DNA of 64,000 nucleotides from a virus (IMGVR_UViG_3300025889_000085:34370-98369), one strand, 5' to 3'. Shown: positions 49,010-58,296, counted from the stretch's first letter. The notes: generated by a model not told the origin, from the sequence alone. Translations and numbers: made by a program.

Positions 49010-49754
49010 TAGTTTCATATGGGGCAGCGAACTAGCAGATAGTCCGCACGGTGGCCCAGACGGATACAGTAAAAATACTTTTACAGCATTGTTATCTCAC
49101 GGACATCAATATATTTGTGCAGCCTATCCTGGTAATGGAAATGATTCTATTTCAAGACAGGTAATAAATTTTTTGCAAGTACAAGGCAATAGCAAAATTT
49201 TTGTTATTGTTTCTTGGACTTTTCCAGGCCGTTATGAATTTAATTTCGGTTTTGATAGTAAAATACCAAATTGGCAAGTTATAAATCATTGGACCATTGG
49301 AAATAAGTTTTATTCAAAAAATAATGAACACAAAAAATTAATATCTGACCATGTAAACAAGGCCAAACTTAACAATGTGTATGATTTTGCTGTAAATTAT
49401 TTTCAATATGTTGCTTCCTCAGAATATTGGGAGACTTATGCTACCATTAAAGAAATATTATTTTTACAAAGTTTTCTACAAAGCAAAAAAATACCTTACT
49501 TGTTTACCTGTGCCGACGCATCTTTTTTAAATAACTCAACAATTTTGTCAAACGATCTGACCATTAACGCATATTATGAAAATATCGATTTTAGTAAATG
49601 GTTTTTCTTCCCTGGTAATAAAGGCTTTTACGAGTGGGCAACTCACAATAAATACCCTATAGGAGATACTCATCCTTTAGAAGCAGCTCACAGAGATGCT
49701 GCTGGATTAATGAAAGACAAATTCTATGAAATGGTTAAAAAACATCTGGAATAA
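48987..49754 (+). CDS. SGNH/GDSL-hydrolase-like protein
   Basis: GGDSFIWG, PGNGN, VSWT, DTHPLEAAH. Confidence 0.7.
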   Translation: MIIVAGGDSFIWGSELADSPHGGPDGYSKNTFTALLSHGHQYICAAYPGNGNDSISRQVINFLQVQGNSKIFVIVSWTFPGRYEFNFGFDSKIPNWQVINHWTIGNKFYSKNNEHKKLISDHVNKAKLNNVYDFAVNYFQYVASSEYWETYATIKEILFLQSFLQSKKIPYLFTCADASFLNNSTILSNDLTINAYYENIDFSKWFFFPGNKGFYEWATHNKYPIGDTHPLEAAHRDAAGLMKDKFYEMVKKHLE

Positions 49755-49827
49755 AATTCGATTAGAAATACGGTATCGTAAAAAATTAAAAGAATTAAAG
49801 AAACGAGATCCTTTCATTTACAAATAA
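49726..49827 (+). CDS. 33-aa basic peptide, SxtK/DUF5989-like ends; absent from the ORF track
   Basis: MKWLKNIWNKIRLEIRYRKKLKELKKRDPFIYK*; overlaps the upstream gene and fills the gap to 49832. Confidence 0.6.
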   Translation: MKWLKNIWNKIRLEIRYRKKLKELKKRDPFIYK

Positions 49828-49831
49828 TTAC

Positions 49832-50569
49832 ATGATAAGAAATATTCTTACATTTGGGGATAGTTTTACCTACGGCGAAGAACTGTCCGATAACAAAAGT
49901 GCCTGGCCTTATATTGTAGCAAGAAGATGTGATGCTACTGTGCAAAATTTTGCGACACCTGGAGGCAGCAATGATCAGATAGTAAGAAAATTTATAAGAG
50001 TATTATCTTCCGATAAAATACCGTTACACAATTCTGTCCAGTTGAGTAAACAATTAATTATTATCGGTTGGAGTATTCCTGGAAGAACAGAATTCCATGA
50101 CCAAGAAGGCTTTTTTGATGTATGGCCTGCTAGGTCAGGCAGGATTTGGATGGATCCTGTTTATAGTCATAGACATCAGTTAACAAAGTATGTTTCTCTT
50201 TACCACAATGACTCGTCATTCTATGAAAAATTTTTACAACAAATTATTATAGTTCAAACTCTTGCAAAGAATTATGGTTTAAAATGTCTTATGCTTAATA
50301 TAATGCAAAATGACTATTATAAAACAAAAACAGATTTTTTAACTGATCCAGATAATGGTGGTAATTCTGATATTGCATATGCAACTTTTGATGATTATGA
50401 TAAAAAGATAGATAAAAAATTTTTTATTGATTGGGGAGTCGGTGGAATGATGGAATGGGTCCCAGAAAACAGTCCCAAAGGCCCTAACGGACACTTTTTA
50501 GAACCTGGACACATAATTGTGGCAGCACACGTACATGAAGCTATTAGGAATCTCGGCTGGGTTTCATGA
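49832..50569 (+). CDS. SGNH/GDSL-hydrolase-like protein
   Basis: FGDSFTYG, AWP, PGGSN, IIGWS, GHFLEPGH. Confidence 0.7.
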   Translation: MIRNILTFGDSFTYGEELSDNKSAWPYIVARRCDATVQNFATPGGSNDQIVRKFIRVLSSDKIPLHNSVQLSKQLIIIGWSIPGRTEFHDQEGFFDVWPARSGRIWMDPVYSHRHQLTKYVSLYHNDSSFYEKFLQQIIIVQTLAKNYGLKCLMLNIMQNDYYKTKTDFLTDPDNGGNSDIAYATFDDYDKKIDKKFFIDWGVGGMMEWVPENSPKGPNGHFLEPGHIIVAAHVHEAIRNLGWVS

Positions 50570-52025
50570 CAGTGGCGTTACTGTGATTGATGACGGTGAA
50601 ATTAAGTTTGCCGCACACAGTGAACGCTATAGTAAATCGAAGCACGATGAACATATCAATGATCAAATTCTATGTGAAGCACTCGGTTATGGGCAACCAG
50701 ACTGTTTGGCATATTATGAACGTCCATGGCTTAAAAAGATTAGACAAATCTACAGTGGACAATACGATTTAGCATTTGACACCACAACATTAACAGTTGG
50801 TGGATATTTAAACAAGCATAGTAGTATACGCGGCTTACAGAAAATAAAGACACATACTTACAATCATCATCTTAGCCATGCGGCTGCAGGATTTCAAACA
50901 TCACCTTATAACAAGGCAACCGTTGTAGTTATTGATGCTATAGGTGAATGGGACACTATCAGCATTTGGGCAGCAGAATACGATCGAAAAGGTCAAGCAC
51001 AGTATCGCAAACTTTGGCGTCAACGTTACCCACATAGCATAGGTATGTTTTACAGTGCCATGACCAAACACGTGGGTCTAAAACCCATGGACGAAGAATA
51101 CATCATGATGGGCATGGCAGCATACGGTAGAGTACATTGGGATAACTTTATGAAAGCAAGATATGTTGCCAATGAGTCTACAGCCGAATTTAAAGAAAAT
51201 CTGCACATAGGTGTAAATAGTGAGGAATGGATTAGAACTGAAGATTTCGATATCGCTGCAGGCGCACAGAGTTTGACAGAAAACTTAATTTATAATATAA
51301 TGCGTAAGGCAAGAGATTTTGGATTCAGCAGTAATCTTGTTTACATGGGTGGGGTGGCACTTAACTGCCTTGCAAATAGAAACTTAGGAGCGTACTTTGA
51401 AAACATTTGGATTATGCCTAATCCTGGCGATGCTGGTAGTAGCCTTGGCGCCGCTGCTTTGGCCTATGGTCATCGTGTTAGCTGGACTAATGCTTTTCTT
51501 GGCCACAATATCGCTGGGGATTATCCTACCGTTCGTGCCCTTGATGCTCTTACTACAGATAAAATAGTAGGCATTGCATCTGGCAGAGCAGAATTTGGAC
51601 CCAGAGCACTGGGTAATCGTAGTCTGCTTGCTGATCCCAGAGGACCTGATATCAAAGATAAGGTCAACGAAATAAAGCGCCGCCAAAAGTTTCGTCCATT
51701 TGCTCCAGTTATTTTGGAAGAACAAGCACAAGAATATTTCCATATGCCGCCGGGTTTTTCGAACAGTAGATATATGCAGGCTACTGCTTACTGTAGACAT
51801 CCTGAACAATTTCCTGCTATAATACACCATGACGGTTCAAGCCGTGTCCAAACTGTGCCTGCTGATGGTACGGGTATTAGAGAGTTATTAGAAAAATGGT
51901 TTGTGTTAACGGGTTGTCCGATGTTATTGAATACCAGTTTAAACATCAGAGGCGAGCCCATGGTCAACGACAGAGCAGATGCAGACAGGTTTGAACGACT
52001 ATACGGAATTCGAGTTTTATCATGA
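50535..52025 (+). CDS. O-carbamoyltransferase (NodU/CmcH/TobZ family)
   Basis: GISAGFHDS, HHLSHAA, DAIGE, GGVALNC, PGDAG, EFGPRALGNRS, FRPFAP, DGSSRVQTV, LLNTSLN; start MKLLG at 50535. Confidence 0.93.
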   Translation: MKLLGISAGFHDSGVTVIDDGEIKFAAHSERYSKSKHDEHINDQILCEALGYGQPDCLAYYERPWLKKIRQIYSGQYDLAFDTTTLTVGGYLNKHSSIRGLQKIKTHTYNHHLSHAAAGFQTSPYNKATVVVIDAIGEWDTISIWAAEYDRKGQAQYRKLWRQRYPHSIGMFYSAMTKHVGLKPMDEEYIMMGMAAYGRVHWDNFMKARYVANESTAEFKENLHIGVNSEEWIRTEDFDIAAGAQSLTENLIYNIMRKARDFGFSSNLVYMGGVALNCLANRNLGAYFENIWIMPNPGDAGSSLGAAALAYGHRVSWTNAFLGHNIAGDYPTVRALDALTTDKIVGIASGRAEFGPRALGNRSLLADPRGPDIKDKVNEIKRRQKFRPFAPVILEEQAQEYFHMPPGFSNSRYMQATAYCRHPEQFPAIIHHDGSSRVQTVPADGTGIRELLEKWFVLTGCPMLLNTSLNIRGEPMVNDRADADRFERLYGIRVLS

Positions 52026-52459
52026 AAGAAAAACATAAACAGGCCTTTATGCGAACAGCAGAAGTATTTGCAGAATGTAGTACTGCTGTTCGTGCTAAAG
52101 TAGGTGCAATCATTGTCAAGGACGACAGGATTATCAGTATTGGTTACAATGGTATGCCGTCAGGTTGGGATAACACCTGCGAAAACTTTGTAGGCTATGA
52201 CAAAGGCGGCGAAGAAAGACTAAACACCAAGCCAGAGGTACTACATGCAGAAACAAACGCAATCGCTAAGTTGGCAAAAAGCACGGAAAGTGGTGATGGT
52301 GCTGTATTGTTTATTACTCATAGCCCGTGTTTGGACTGTGCAAAACTTGTTTATCAAAGTGGAATTCACAGTGTTTACTATCGCAGTCATTATCGTGATA
52401 CTGCTGGAATTGAATTCCTTAAGAAATCTGGAGTCCGAGTAGAACAGTTAGATGTTTGA
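52022..52459 (+). CDS. dCMP deaminase
   Basis: KVGAIIV, GYNG, HAETNAI, SPCLDC. Confidence 0.92.
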   Translation: MKEKHKQAFMRTAEVFAECSTAVRAKVGAIIVKDDRIISIGYNGMPSGWDNTCENFVGYDKGGEERLNTKPEVLHAETNAIAKLAKSTESGDGAVLFITHSPCLDCAKLVYQSGIHSVYYRSHYRDTAGIEFLKKSGVRVEQLDV

Positions 52460-54275
52460 CGTATTTTATCAAGACCGTAAACCCAATCTTTTTGCATTTG
52501 AACAGCCTGCTGCAAGTTTAGAACAAGCGGCTGAACTGAGTCGTACTGAATACTTTTGGTACATACACGGCAATAACGATTATACAGGCTTTGACTTCGA
52601 ATGGCAACCTCCACCATGGGAACGTGATCATGTACATGTATTTGCCAGTCAATGGCAACGTAATGCGGATGTTTACTTTGCTCGCAAGTGGACTGCTGGT
52701 AATCGAGAATGGCACTTCAGACAGGAACAGTCAGTTCGGCGTTTAGTGGACATGACCAAATGGTCTGTGCCCGAGTTGTGTGATACCGCAGATTTTGATT
52801 TTAGTTGGCATCCTGACACCATTGAACCCGACTACGAATATAGATTTCCCACACAACACCAACGTGAAGGCGGACCTATATACAACGGCACTGCTGGTAT
52901 AAAATATTCAAATAGCCAAAAGGTCCGTGCAAATGCTACACAGATATTTTACATGGATTTTCTTGATCCTGGCAGCGCAGAACGATACCAAAAACTGCAA
53001 GTACTGTATCCTGACATTAAACGAACTAGATATGTGGATAATCATTTAACAGTTTTCAAACGTATCGTCAACTTAGCCACAACAGAGTTTGTTTGGATTA
53101 CCAGCAGCATTTGTGATTACACAGATTTTGACTTTACTTGGCATCCAGAAGAAAGTCAACGTGAAATGATTCACTGCTTTTACAGCGAAAGCCAAAAACG
53201 TGGTGATACATTTTTGATACATGTGCAAAGTTTTAAAAATCAAATGTATGATTTGGAGTTATTAGATTGGTTTAATGTAATCAATTATGTCGACACATTT
53301 CGTGTGCCCAGAGTAGAAATGCCTGTACATTATTATCAAGGTGATAATTTAGTTTCGGAAGTAAAGAACTATCAATTCACTGCACCATACGCTCTGTTTA
53401 CCAATCAACCAAATCTTTATACTCATTGGCATCCTTGCCTTTGGACCGAAAAAGATCGTATTGCAACAGCATTTAGCACTAGCAAGGCGGTGTGTGCCAT
53501 ACCCCGTGATGTAAAGGCACATTTACGCACACAAATCTACGATTATCCCCACGTAGAGGACCGAGACGTACACTTTTTCGCTGAAGAACCGTTGGATATT
53601 ATCTATATCAGTAATGGCGAACCCGACGAACAATTTTATTTTGATTGGCTACAGGCCTGTGTCAATCCCAGTAGGCGTTACGTTGTAAAATGGGTTCGAG
53701 GTGTGAATGGTAGAACACAGGCCTATCAGGCTGCTGCCCGAATGAGCGAAACTCCCTGGTTCTTTGCAATATTTGCCAAATTAAAAGCAGATCGAGATTT
53801 CGATTGGCGCTGGCAACCGGATTATTGGCAACAGCCCAAGCACTATATTTTCCATGCACGTAATCCTATAAACGGTTTGGAGTATGGGCATCAAGCCATA
53901 ATTGCTTATAACAAAAAATTAGTTTTGGCTAATAATGATCCAGGGTTAGATTTTACACTAACACAAGAACACGAAGTGGTTCCTATACTAAGTGGCGAAG
54001 CCATGTTTAACCAAAGTGCTTGGATGACATGGCGTACTGCTTTCCGTGAAGTATTAAAACTACAGCAGTTTCAAGAGCAAACACCTACTGTAGAAAACAA
54101 ACATAGACTAAACACTTGGTTGACCAAAGCCACTGGCCAGTACAGTGAATACTGCTTAAAAGGCGCACAAGATGCAGTCGATTATTATCGTGAAGTCAGT
54201 GGTGACTACGATAAACTAAAACTCAGTTACGATTGGCAGTGGTTACAAGAACGCTTTAACGCAGGTAACCCTTAA
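52452..54275 (+). CDS. Multi-repeat glycosyltransferase-like protein; C-terminal unit paralogous to 36184..37101
   Basis: Repeated FDFxWxP units; C-terminal IYISNGEP...GVNGR...NPINGLEYGH...WRTAFRE; FAK in place of DGD. Confidence 0.55.
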   Translation: MFDVFYQDRKPNLFAFEQPAASLEQAAELSRTEYFWYIHGNNDYTGFDFEWQPPPWERDHVHVFASQWQRNADVYFARKWTAGNREWHFRQEQSVRRLVDMTKWSVPELCDTADFDFSWHPDTIEPDYEYRFPTQHQREGGPIYNGTAGIKYSNSQKVRANATQIFYMDFLDPGSAERYQKLQVLYPDIKRTRYVDNHLTVFKRIVNLATTEFVWITSSICDYTDFDFTWHPEESQREMIHCFYSESQKRGDTFLIHVQSFKNQMYDLELLDWFNVINYVDTFRVPRVEMPVHYYQGDNLVSEVKNYQFTAPYALFTNQPNLYTHWHPCLWTEKDRIATAFSTSKAVCAIPRDVKAHLRTQIYDYPHVEDRDVHFFAEEPLDIIYISNGEPDEQFYFDWLQACVNPSRRYVVKWVRGVNGRTQAYQAAARMSETPWFFAIFAKLKADRDFDWRWQPDYWQQPKHYIFHARNPINGLEYGHQAIIAYNKKLVLANNDPGLDFTLTQEHEVVPILSGEAMFNQSAWMTWRTAFREVLKLQQFQEQTPTVENKHRLNTWLTKATGQYSEYCLKGAQDAVDYYREVSGDYDKLKLSYDWQWLQERFNAGNP

Positions 54276-55362
54276 CTGTACTAACTACACGTTCTACTTC
54301 CGTATCTTCCATTTCTGGATAGATAGGTAAACTCAAACATTCAACACAGAACGCACTGGCTTCCCTGTATAACTCTGCTACGTAGTTAATATAGGGATAG
54401 CCCACAGGATATTCGTATAAAGGACGTTCGTAGTGTACCTTTACTTCAATGCCTCTGGTAGTCATGTGTTTAAGTAAGCCACTACGGTCCACAGTTTTAA
54501 TTACATACTTGTGCCAAGCATGTTCTGCACCTTCAGTTACTCGAGGTGTGTCTACAATGTCCCGAAGTTCTTGTGTATAGTAATTGGCTATCTGTTGGCG
54601 TCTTCGCTGCCACTGATCAAAATGCTCTAACTTAACCAACATTTGAGCGCAGTCTACTTCTGACATTTTACTGTTAGTGCCAGTTATGTCATGACTGTTG
54701 GTTTTGCCGTTGTCTCTGTAGTCACGTATGGTTTTGGCATCTGCCAAATTGTCCACTAACACCATGCCACCTGATCCATAGTTGGGCAAGTTCTTTGTAG
54801 GATCAAAACTTAAAATGCTTACGTCTCCAAGACAGCCACTGGGCATGCCCCGATAACTTGCACCAAAACTCTGTGCAGCATCCTCGATAATTTTTATGTC
54901 TTTATTAAAAAATCTACAGATGTTGTAGAATCTGTCGTAGTCAACAACGTTGCCAAATATGTTTACGTACATTACTGCCTGTATGCCGGCAGCATCTATG
55001 GCATAGTCCATACTTTCCAAATTTATCAGTGCTTGATCATCTGTGTCGCATAACACAGGTGTGTTGCCGTTTAATAACACAGCGTTTATTGTAGCAATAA
55101 AACTAATTGTAGGAATAATAATCTTTACAGGTTCTTGAAACAACAGTTGTTGTGCAAATACTAAAGCCTGTGTGCCGCTGCCTACTGCTACTGCATAACG
55201 TCTATGGCAACGTTTTGCTATTTCCTGTTCAAACTTTTGAGTATAGTCACCGTCCAGCATTTGTCCACTGGTGTAGACCTGATCTGTTACTGCTAACAGT
55301 TCTTCACGTAGGTTTTGATATTGACGTGCTACGCCGGTAAAAGGGATAATTTGTGTTGCCAA
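54256..55362 (-). CDS. DegT/DnrJ/EryC1/StrS PLP-dependent sugar aminotransferase
   Basis: SGTQAL, FIATIN, IEDAAQSFG, SFDPTKNL, GSGGM, LSLPIYP. Confidence 0.93.
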   Translation of the reverse strand: MATQIIPFTGVARQYQNLREELLAVTDQVYTSGQMLDGDYTQKFEQEIAKRCHRRYAVAVGSGTQALVFAQQLLFQEPVKIIIPTISFIATINAVLLNGNTPVLCDTDDQALINLESMDYAIDAAGIQAVMYVNIFGNVVDYDRFYNICRFFNKDIKIIEDAAQSFGASYRGMPSGCLGDVSILSFDPTKNLPNYGSGGMVLVDNLADAKTIRDYRDNGKTNSHDITGTNSKMSEVDCAQMLVKLEHFDQWQRRRQQIANYYTQELRDIVDTPRVTEGAEHAWHKYVIKTVDRSGLLKHMTTRGIEVKVHYERPLYEYPVGYPYINYVAELYREASAFCVECLSLPIYPEMEDTEVERVVSTVKGYLR

Positions 55363-56327
55363 AATTTACTTCCTACTAACCAAGCGTGATATCGTTCAAA
55401 ACCTTGTTCTACATCTACTGTGGGGAAATAGCCTAAGTCTGCCTGTGCTCGTTCAATACTAAGTCTACCACGTTTGGGAAAGTTTAAGTCTCTATCTTGA
55501 ACTTCGTAACTGCCACGACCTACAATATCTATACAAAGTTGGGCAGCACCCTCTAACGTTAGCGCAATGGGATTACTGCGTGTGATGTTATAGATGTTGC
55601 CATTGGCTTTGGATTCTAATGCCGCCAATGCAATTCCTTTGGCAGTGTCGTCGACGTGTGTAAAGTCTAATACTTCCTGTGCGCCTTGTACTTGTAAGGT
55701 CTTGCCCTGTAATGCACTTAGCATGAACTTGCTGACTACTCTGTCGTCGACATCCAATTCACCATAGACTGCACTGGGACGAACAATAACATAGTCCATG
55801 CCTATGCGGCGTGCATAGTCTGCTACAATTTGTTCGCCCGCTAATTTCATAATAGCGTACTGACCTTGTGGCGTACACTGTGCAGTTTCTGTGACAAAGT
55901 CTTGTTCAAAATCTCCATAGACCATACTGGAACTAATGTAGACAAACTTCTTTACACAATGATTTTTGCACTCTTCCAATAAGTTAATTAAACCAGTGAT
56001 CATTACTTCACTGCCTACCACAGGATTTTGTAGTACTACACGCTGTCTAGGAAAACTGGCAAGGTGTACTACCATCTTAGGGTGGAATGCCAACATCATA
56101 TCTGAAATGCCTTTGCGATTTCTAATATCAATGTTGTGTGTGTTACATCTTACTTTGCGTTTGCGTTCACGCTTTAAGTATTCAAGTTCATCTTTAGGAA
56201 TAAAATTGTAATTGGTAAAACTGTCTATACCAAAACATGTATGTCCTTCTTGTTCTAGATATTTTACAACATTATGTCCAATGAATCCACTGGCACCAGT
56301 TACTAATACGTTCAATTGTTGCCCCAC
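55329..56327 (-). CDS. NAD-dependent NDP-sugar epimerase/dehydratase (extended SDR)
   Basis: VLVTGASGFIG, SSSMVYG, YAIMK, RPSAVYG, DFTHVDD. Confidence 0.92.
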   Translation of the reverse strand: MGQQLNVLVTGASGFIGHNVVKYLEQEGHTCFGIDSFTNYNFIPKDELEYLKRERKRKVRCNTHNIDIRNRKGISDMMLAFHPKMVVHLASFPRQRVVLQNPVVGSEVMITGLINLLEECKNHCVKKFVYISSSMVYGDFEQDFVTETAQCTPQGQYAIMKLAGEQIVADYARRIGMDYVIVRPSAVYGELDVDDRVVSKFMLSALQGKTLQVQGAQEVLDFTHVDDTAKGIALAALESKANGNIYNITRSNPIALTLEGAAQLCIDIVGRGSYEVQDRDLNFPKRGRLSIERAQADLGYFPTVDVEQGFERYHAWLVGSKFWQHKLSLLPA

Positions 56328-56560
56328 TTTAATTGAAAAAACGTAGCGTCTTCGTCTGATAGGATAGCTTCTACTCTACATCGGTAACCATAAGTTAACA
56401 TACAATGTCCTATGTAAAACACAGGTCGTTCTACAGCATGCTCCATAACCCATTGTCCTTGTTCTGTTTCTTTTTCCCAGCGATACAAAGGTTCAGCCAC
56501 ATAAATTTCCGGGTCTTCTACATCGCCCATTGGAAATTCATAGACTTTAAGTTTTATCAT
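56312..56560 (-). CDS. Small hypothetical phage protein (start MIKLKVY)
   Basis: ATGA overlap with the thyA stop; [17 protein letters not shown]. Confidence 0.65.
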   Translation of the reverse strand: MIKLKVYEFPMGDVEDPEIYVAEPLYRWEKETEQGQWVMEHAVERPVFYIGHCMLTYGYRCRVEAILSDEDATFFQLKWGNN

Positions 56561-57456
56561 ACTGCCATGTCTGCTCGAATCGGGGGGTGTGAGGTATAGC
56601 CAATGAGCTCGATATCCTCCATACCGAATGAATCTATCGTCTTGCATTCTGAATTTAGTTTTAGATGTGGAGCAGGTAATGGTTCACGCTCTAATTGTTC
56701 TTTTACTTGCTCTACATGGTTTAGGTATATATGTGCGTCGCCCAGCACGTGAACGAACTCTCCAACCGCTAAATCGCACACTTGTGCAATCATGTGCGTT
56801 AGTAAGGCATAAGACGCAATATTAAAAGGCACGCCTAAAAACATGTCACAACTGCGTTGATACATTTGGCAACTAAGTTTACCATCTGCAACATAGAACT
56901 GACTGAACACGTGGCAAGGAGGTAGTGCCATATCATCTAGTTCTGCTGGATTCCATGCAGTTAAAATATGTCTACGTCCATTAGGATCCTTTTTAATACC
57001 CTCAATCAAGTTTGCTAATTGATCTACTTCACGATACACTAACTTACTGGGACCATCAAATACTTGATCCTTGGCTTGCCAATGACGCCATTGTACTCCA
57101 TAGACTCTGCCTAGGTCTCCTTCAAACTGTGGACCTCGGGGCGGAAACTTTTTGTATTTGTTTGTCCAATACGGAGCTGTGGCATTGGCAGTCCAGATGG
57201 TTGTCTTTTCAGACGCTCTACTACCATGTAGTATCTCTCGTAGACGATTTTCGTCCCCTGAACCTTCAATGAACCACAGCAACTCTGAAACTACGCTCTT
57301 CCAGGCCAGTTTCTTTGTAGTGACAGCAGGAAAACCGTCAGCCAAGTTGTAGCGTTGTTGCATGCCAAACACACTGACAGTACCTGTACCTGTACGGTCT
57401 GTTTTAGTTACGCCATTGTCTAAAACAAACCGGAGTGCATCTAAATAAGTTTTCAT
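56557..57456 (-). CDS. thyA: Thymidylate synthase (dUMP-specific type); start MKTYLDAL
   Basis: [54 protein letters not shown]. Confidence 0.96.
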   Translation of the reverse strand: MKTYLDALRFVLDNGVTKTDRTGTGTVSVFGMQQRYNLADGFPAVTTKKLAWKSVVSELLWFIEGSGDENRLREILHGSRASEKTTIWTANATAPYWTNKYKKFPPRGPQFEGDLGRVYGVQWRHWQAKDQVFDGPSKLVYREVDQLANLIEGIKKDPNGRRHILTAWNPAELDDMALPPCHVFSQFYVADGKLSCQMYQRSCDMFLGVPFNIASYALLTHMIAQVCDLAVGEFVHVLGDAHIYLNHVEQVKEQLEREPLPAPHLKLNSECKTIDSFGMEDIELIGYTSHPPIRADMAV

Positions 57457-57462
57457 AACTGT

Positions 57463-57492
57463 ATTATACTGACAAGGGCCTGAAAATGTCAA
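57463..57492 (-). promoter_or_regulatory. sigma70 promoter inside the folA 3' end; leaderless thyA mRNA
   Basis: TTGACA-18 bp-TATAAT-6 nt-ATG. Confidence 0.65.
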
Positions 57493-57970
57493 CGTTTTTG
57501 TAAACAGTCCAAGTACATTTTCCGTCTTGACTGGGCCAAGCACCCATTGCTCGCATCATCAAAGTCATCTTACGCATGTCTATTTTGACATCACTTTTGA
57601 ATTGACTTTTGAAATGAGTAACGTGCATTTCGTCAATAATGTCTTTACAGGAGAGGATAATCTCAGGACCACCGATTATCCAAATGTGCTTATTGGGATG
57701 ACGTTTTTGCAGTAACGGAACTTGCTCGACTAAATTACCCTTGACTGTGCCGGCAGTATAAAGTGGACGATTGGTTGCTACATACGTTATTCGATTTTTC
57801 AAAGGCTTAGGCATTTTAGGATCATCGTATGTACGTCTGCCCATTACTACAACATGTCCTTCTGTTTGCTTTTTAAAATACTGCATGTCTTCACTGTGGT
57901 GCGGCCATGGGAGGCTACCTCGGAATCCCATGCCACCCCAGGTGTCGACGGCAAATATTGCTTTAATCAT
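57464..57970 (-). CDS. folA: Dihydrofolate reductase
   Basis: [28 protein letters not shown]; adjacent to thyA. Confidence 0.93.
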   Translation of the reverse strand: MIKAIFAVDTWGGMGFRGSLPWPHHSEDMQYFKKQTEGHVVVMGRRTYDDPKMPKPLKNRITYVATNRPLYTAGTVKGNLVEQVPLLQKRHPNKHIWIIGGPEIILSCKDIIDEMHVTHFKSQFKSDVKIDMRKMTLMMRAMGAWPSQDGKCTWTVYKNVDIFRPLSV

Positions 57971-58296
57971 AAGTTAGAAAGTATTCTATCTGTCTCGGGC
58001 TGGATTGCCTGCTCAACCAGATCTACATCAACATAGAAATCTACATTAGCAATATATTGATCAAGTTCTTCTAATTTTTTACTAACATGGTGCTCGATCT
58101 CATCGGGATCGGCACCTTCAGATAATATATGTTTGATATCAATATTTACTTCAGTGCCATCTTTAAGATGTACTATTAAACGTTCTAATACGTGTACCGG
58201 TACTTCTTTTTTCTCTACGTCCTTGAGAATCTCACGCCATGCTTTTTTATTGTTTAAGTTAAGCCGTTTTGGCTTTGGCTTTTTTCCTTGGGGCAT
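57967..58296 (-). CDS. Hypothetical phage protein (start MPQGKK)
   Basis: GGTGAG ribosome-binding site; overlaps both neighbours. Confidence 0.65.
   Translation of the reverse strand: MPQGKKPKPKRLNLNNKKAWREILKDVEKKEVPVHVLERLIVHLKDGTEVNIDIKHILSEGADPDEIEHHVSKKLEELDQYIANVDFYVDVDLVEQAIQPETDRILSNL

Noticed and set aside
49726-49827. 33-aa peptide as a RiPP precursor for the SPASM-like radical SAMs
   Set aside because: No leader/core structure, RRE domain, peptidase or transporter is seen, and the context is sugar enzymes. Not formally excluded.
48987-52025. Saxitoxin or antibiotic biosynthetic gene cluster
   Set aside because: Only the generic carbamoyltransferase/SGNH/small-peptide module is similar; no sxtA, amidinotransferase, PKS/NRPS, DOI synthase or exporter is present.
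50535-57456. Carbamoyltransferase plus thymidylate-synthase homolog as a 5-hydroxymethylcytosine carbamoylation (DNA hypermodification) pathway
   Set aside because: This ThyA keeps the dUMP-specifying Asn ([10 protein letters not shown]; dCMP hydroxymethylases have Asp) and is paired with DHFR, so it looks canonical. A hydroxymethylase outside the window cannot be excluded.
56557-57456. Intron, intein or homing endonuclease in thyA, as in T4 td
   Set aside because: The frame is continuous and of normal length, with only a short loop insertion.
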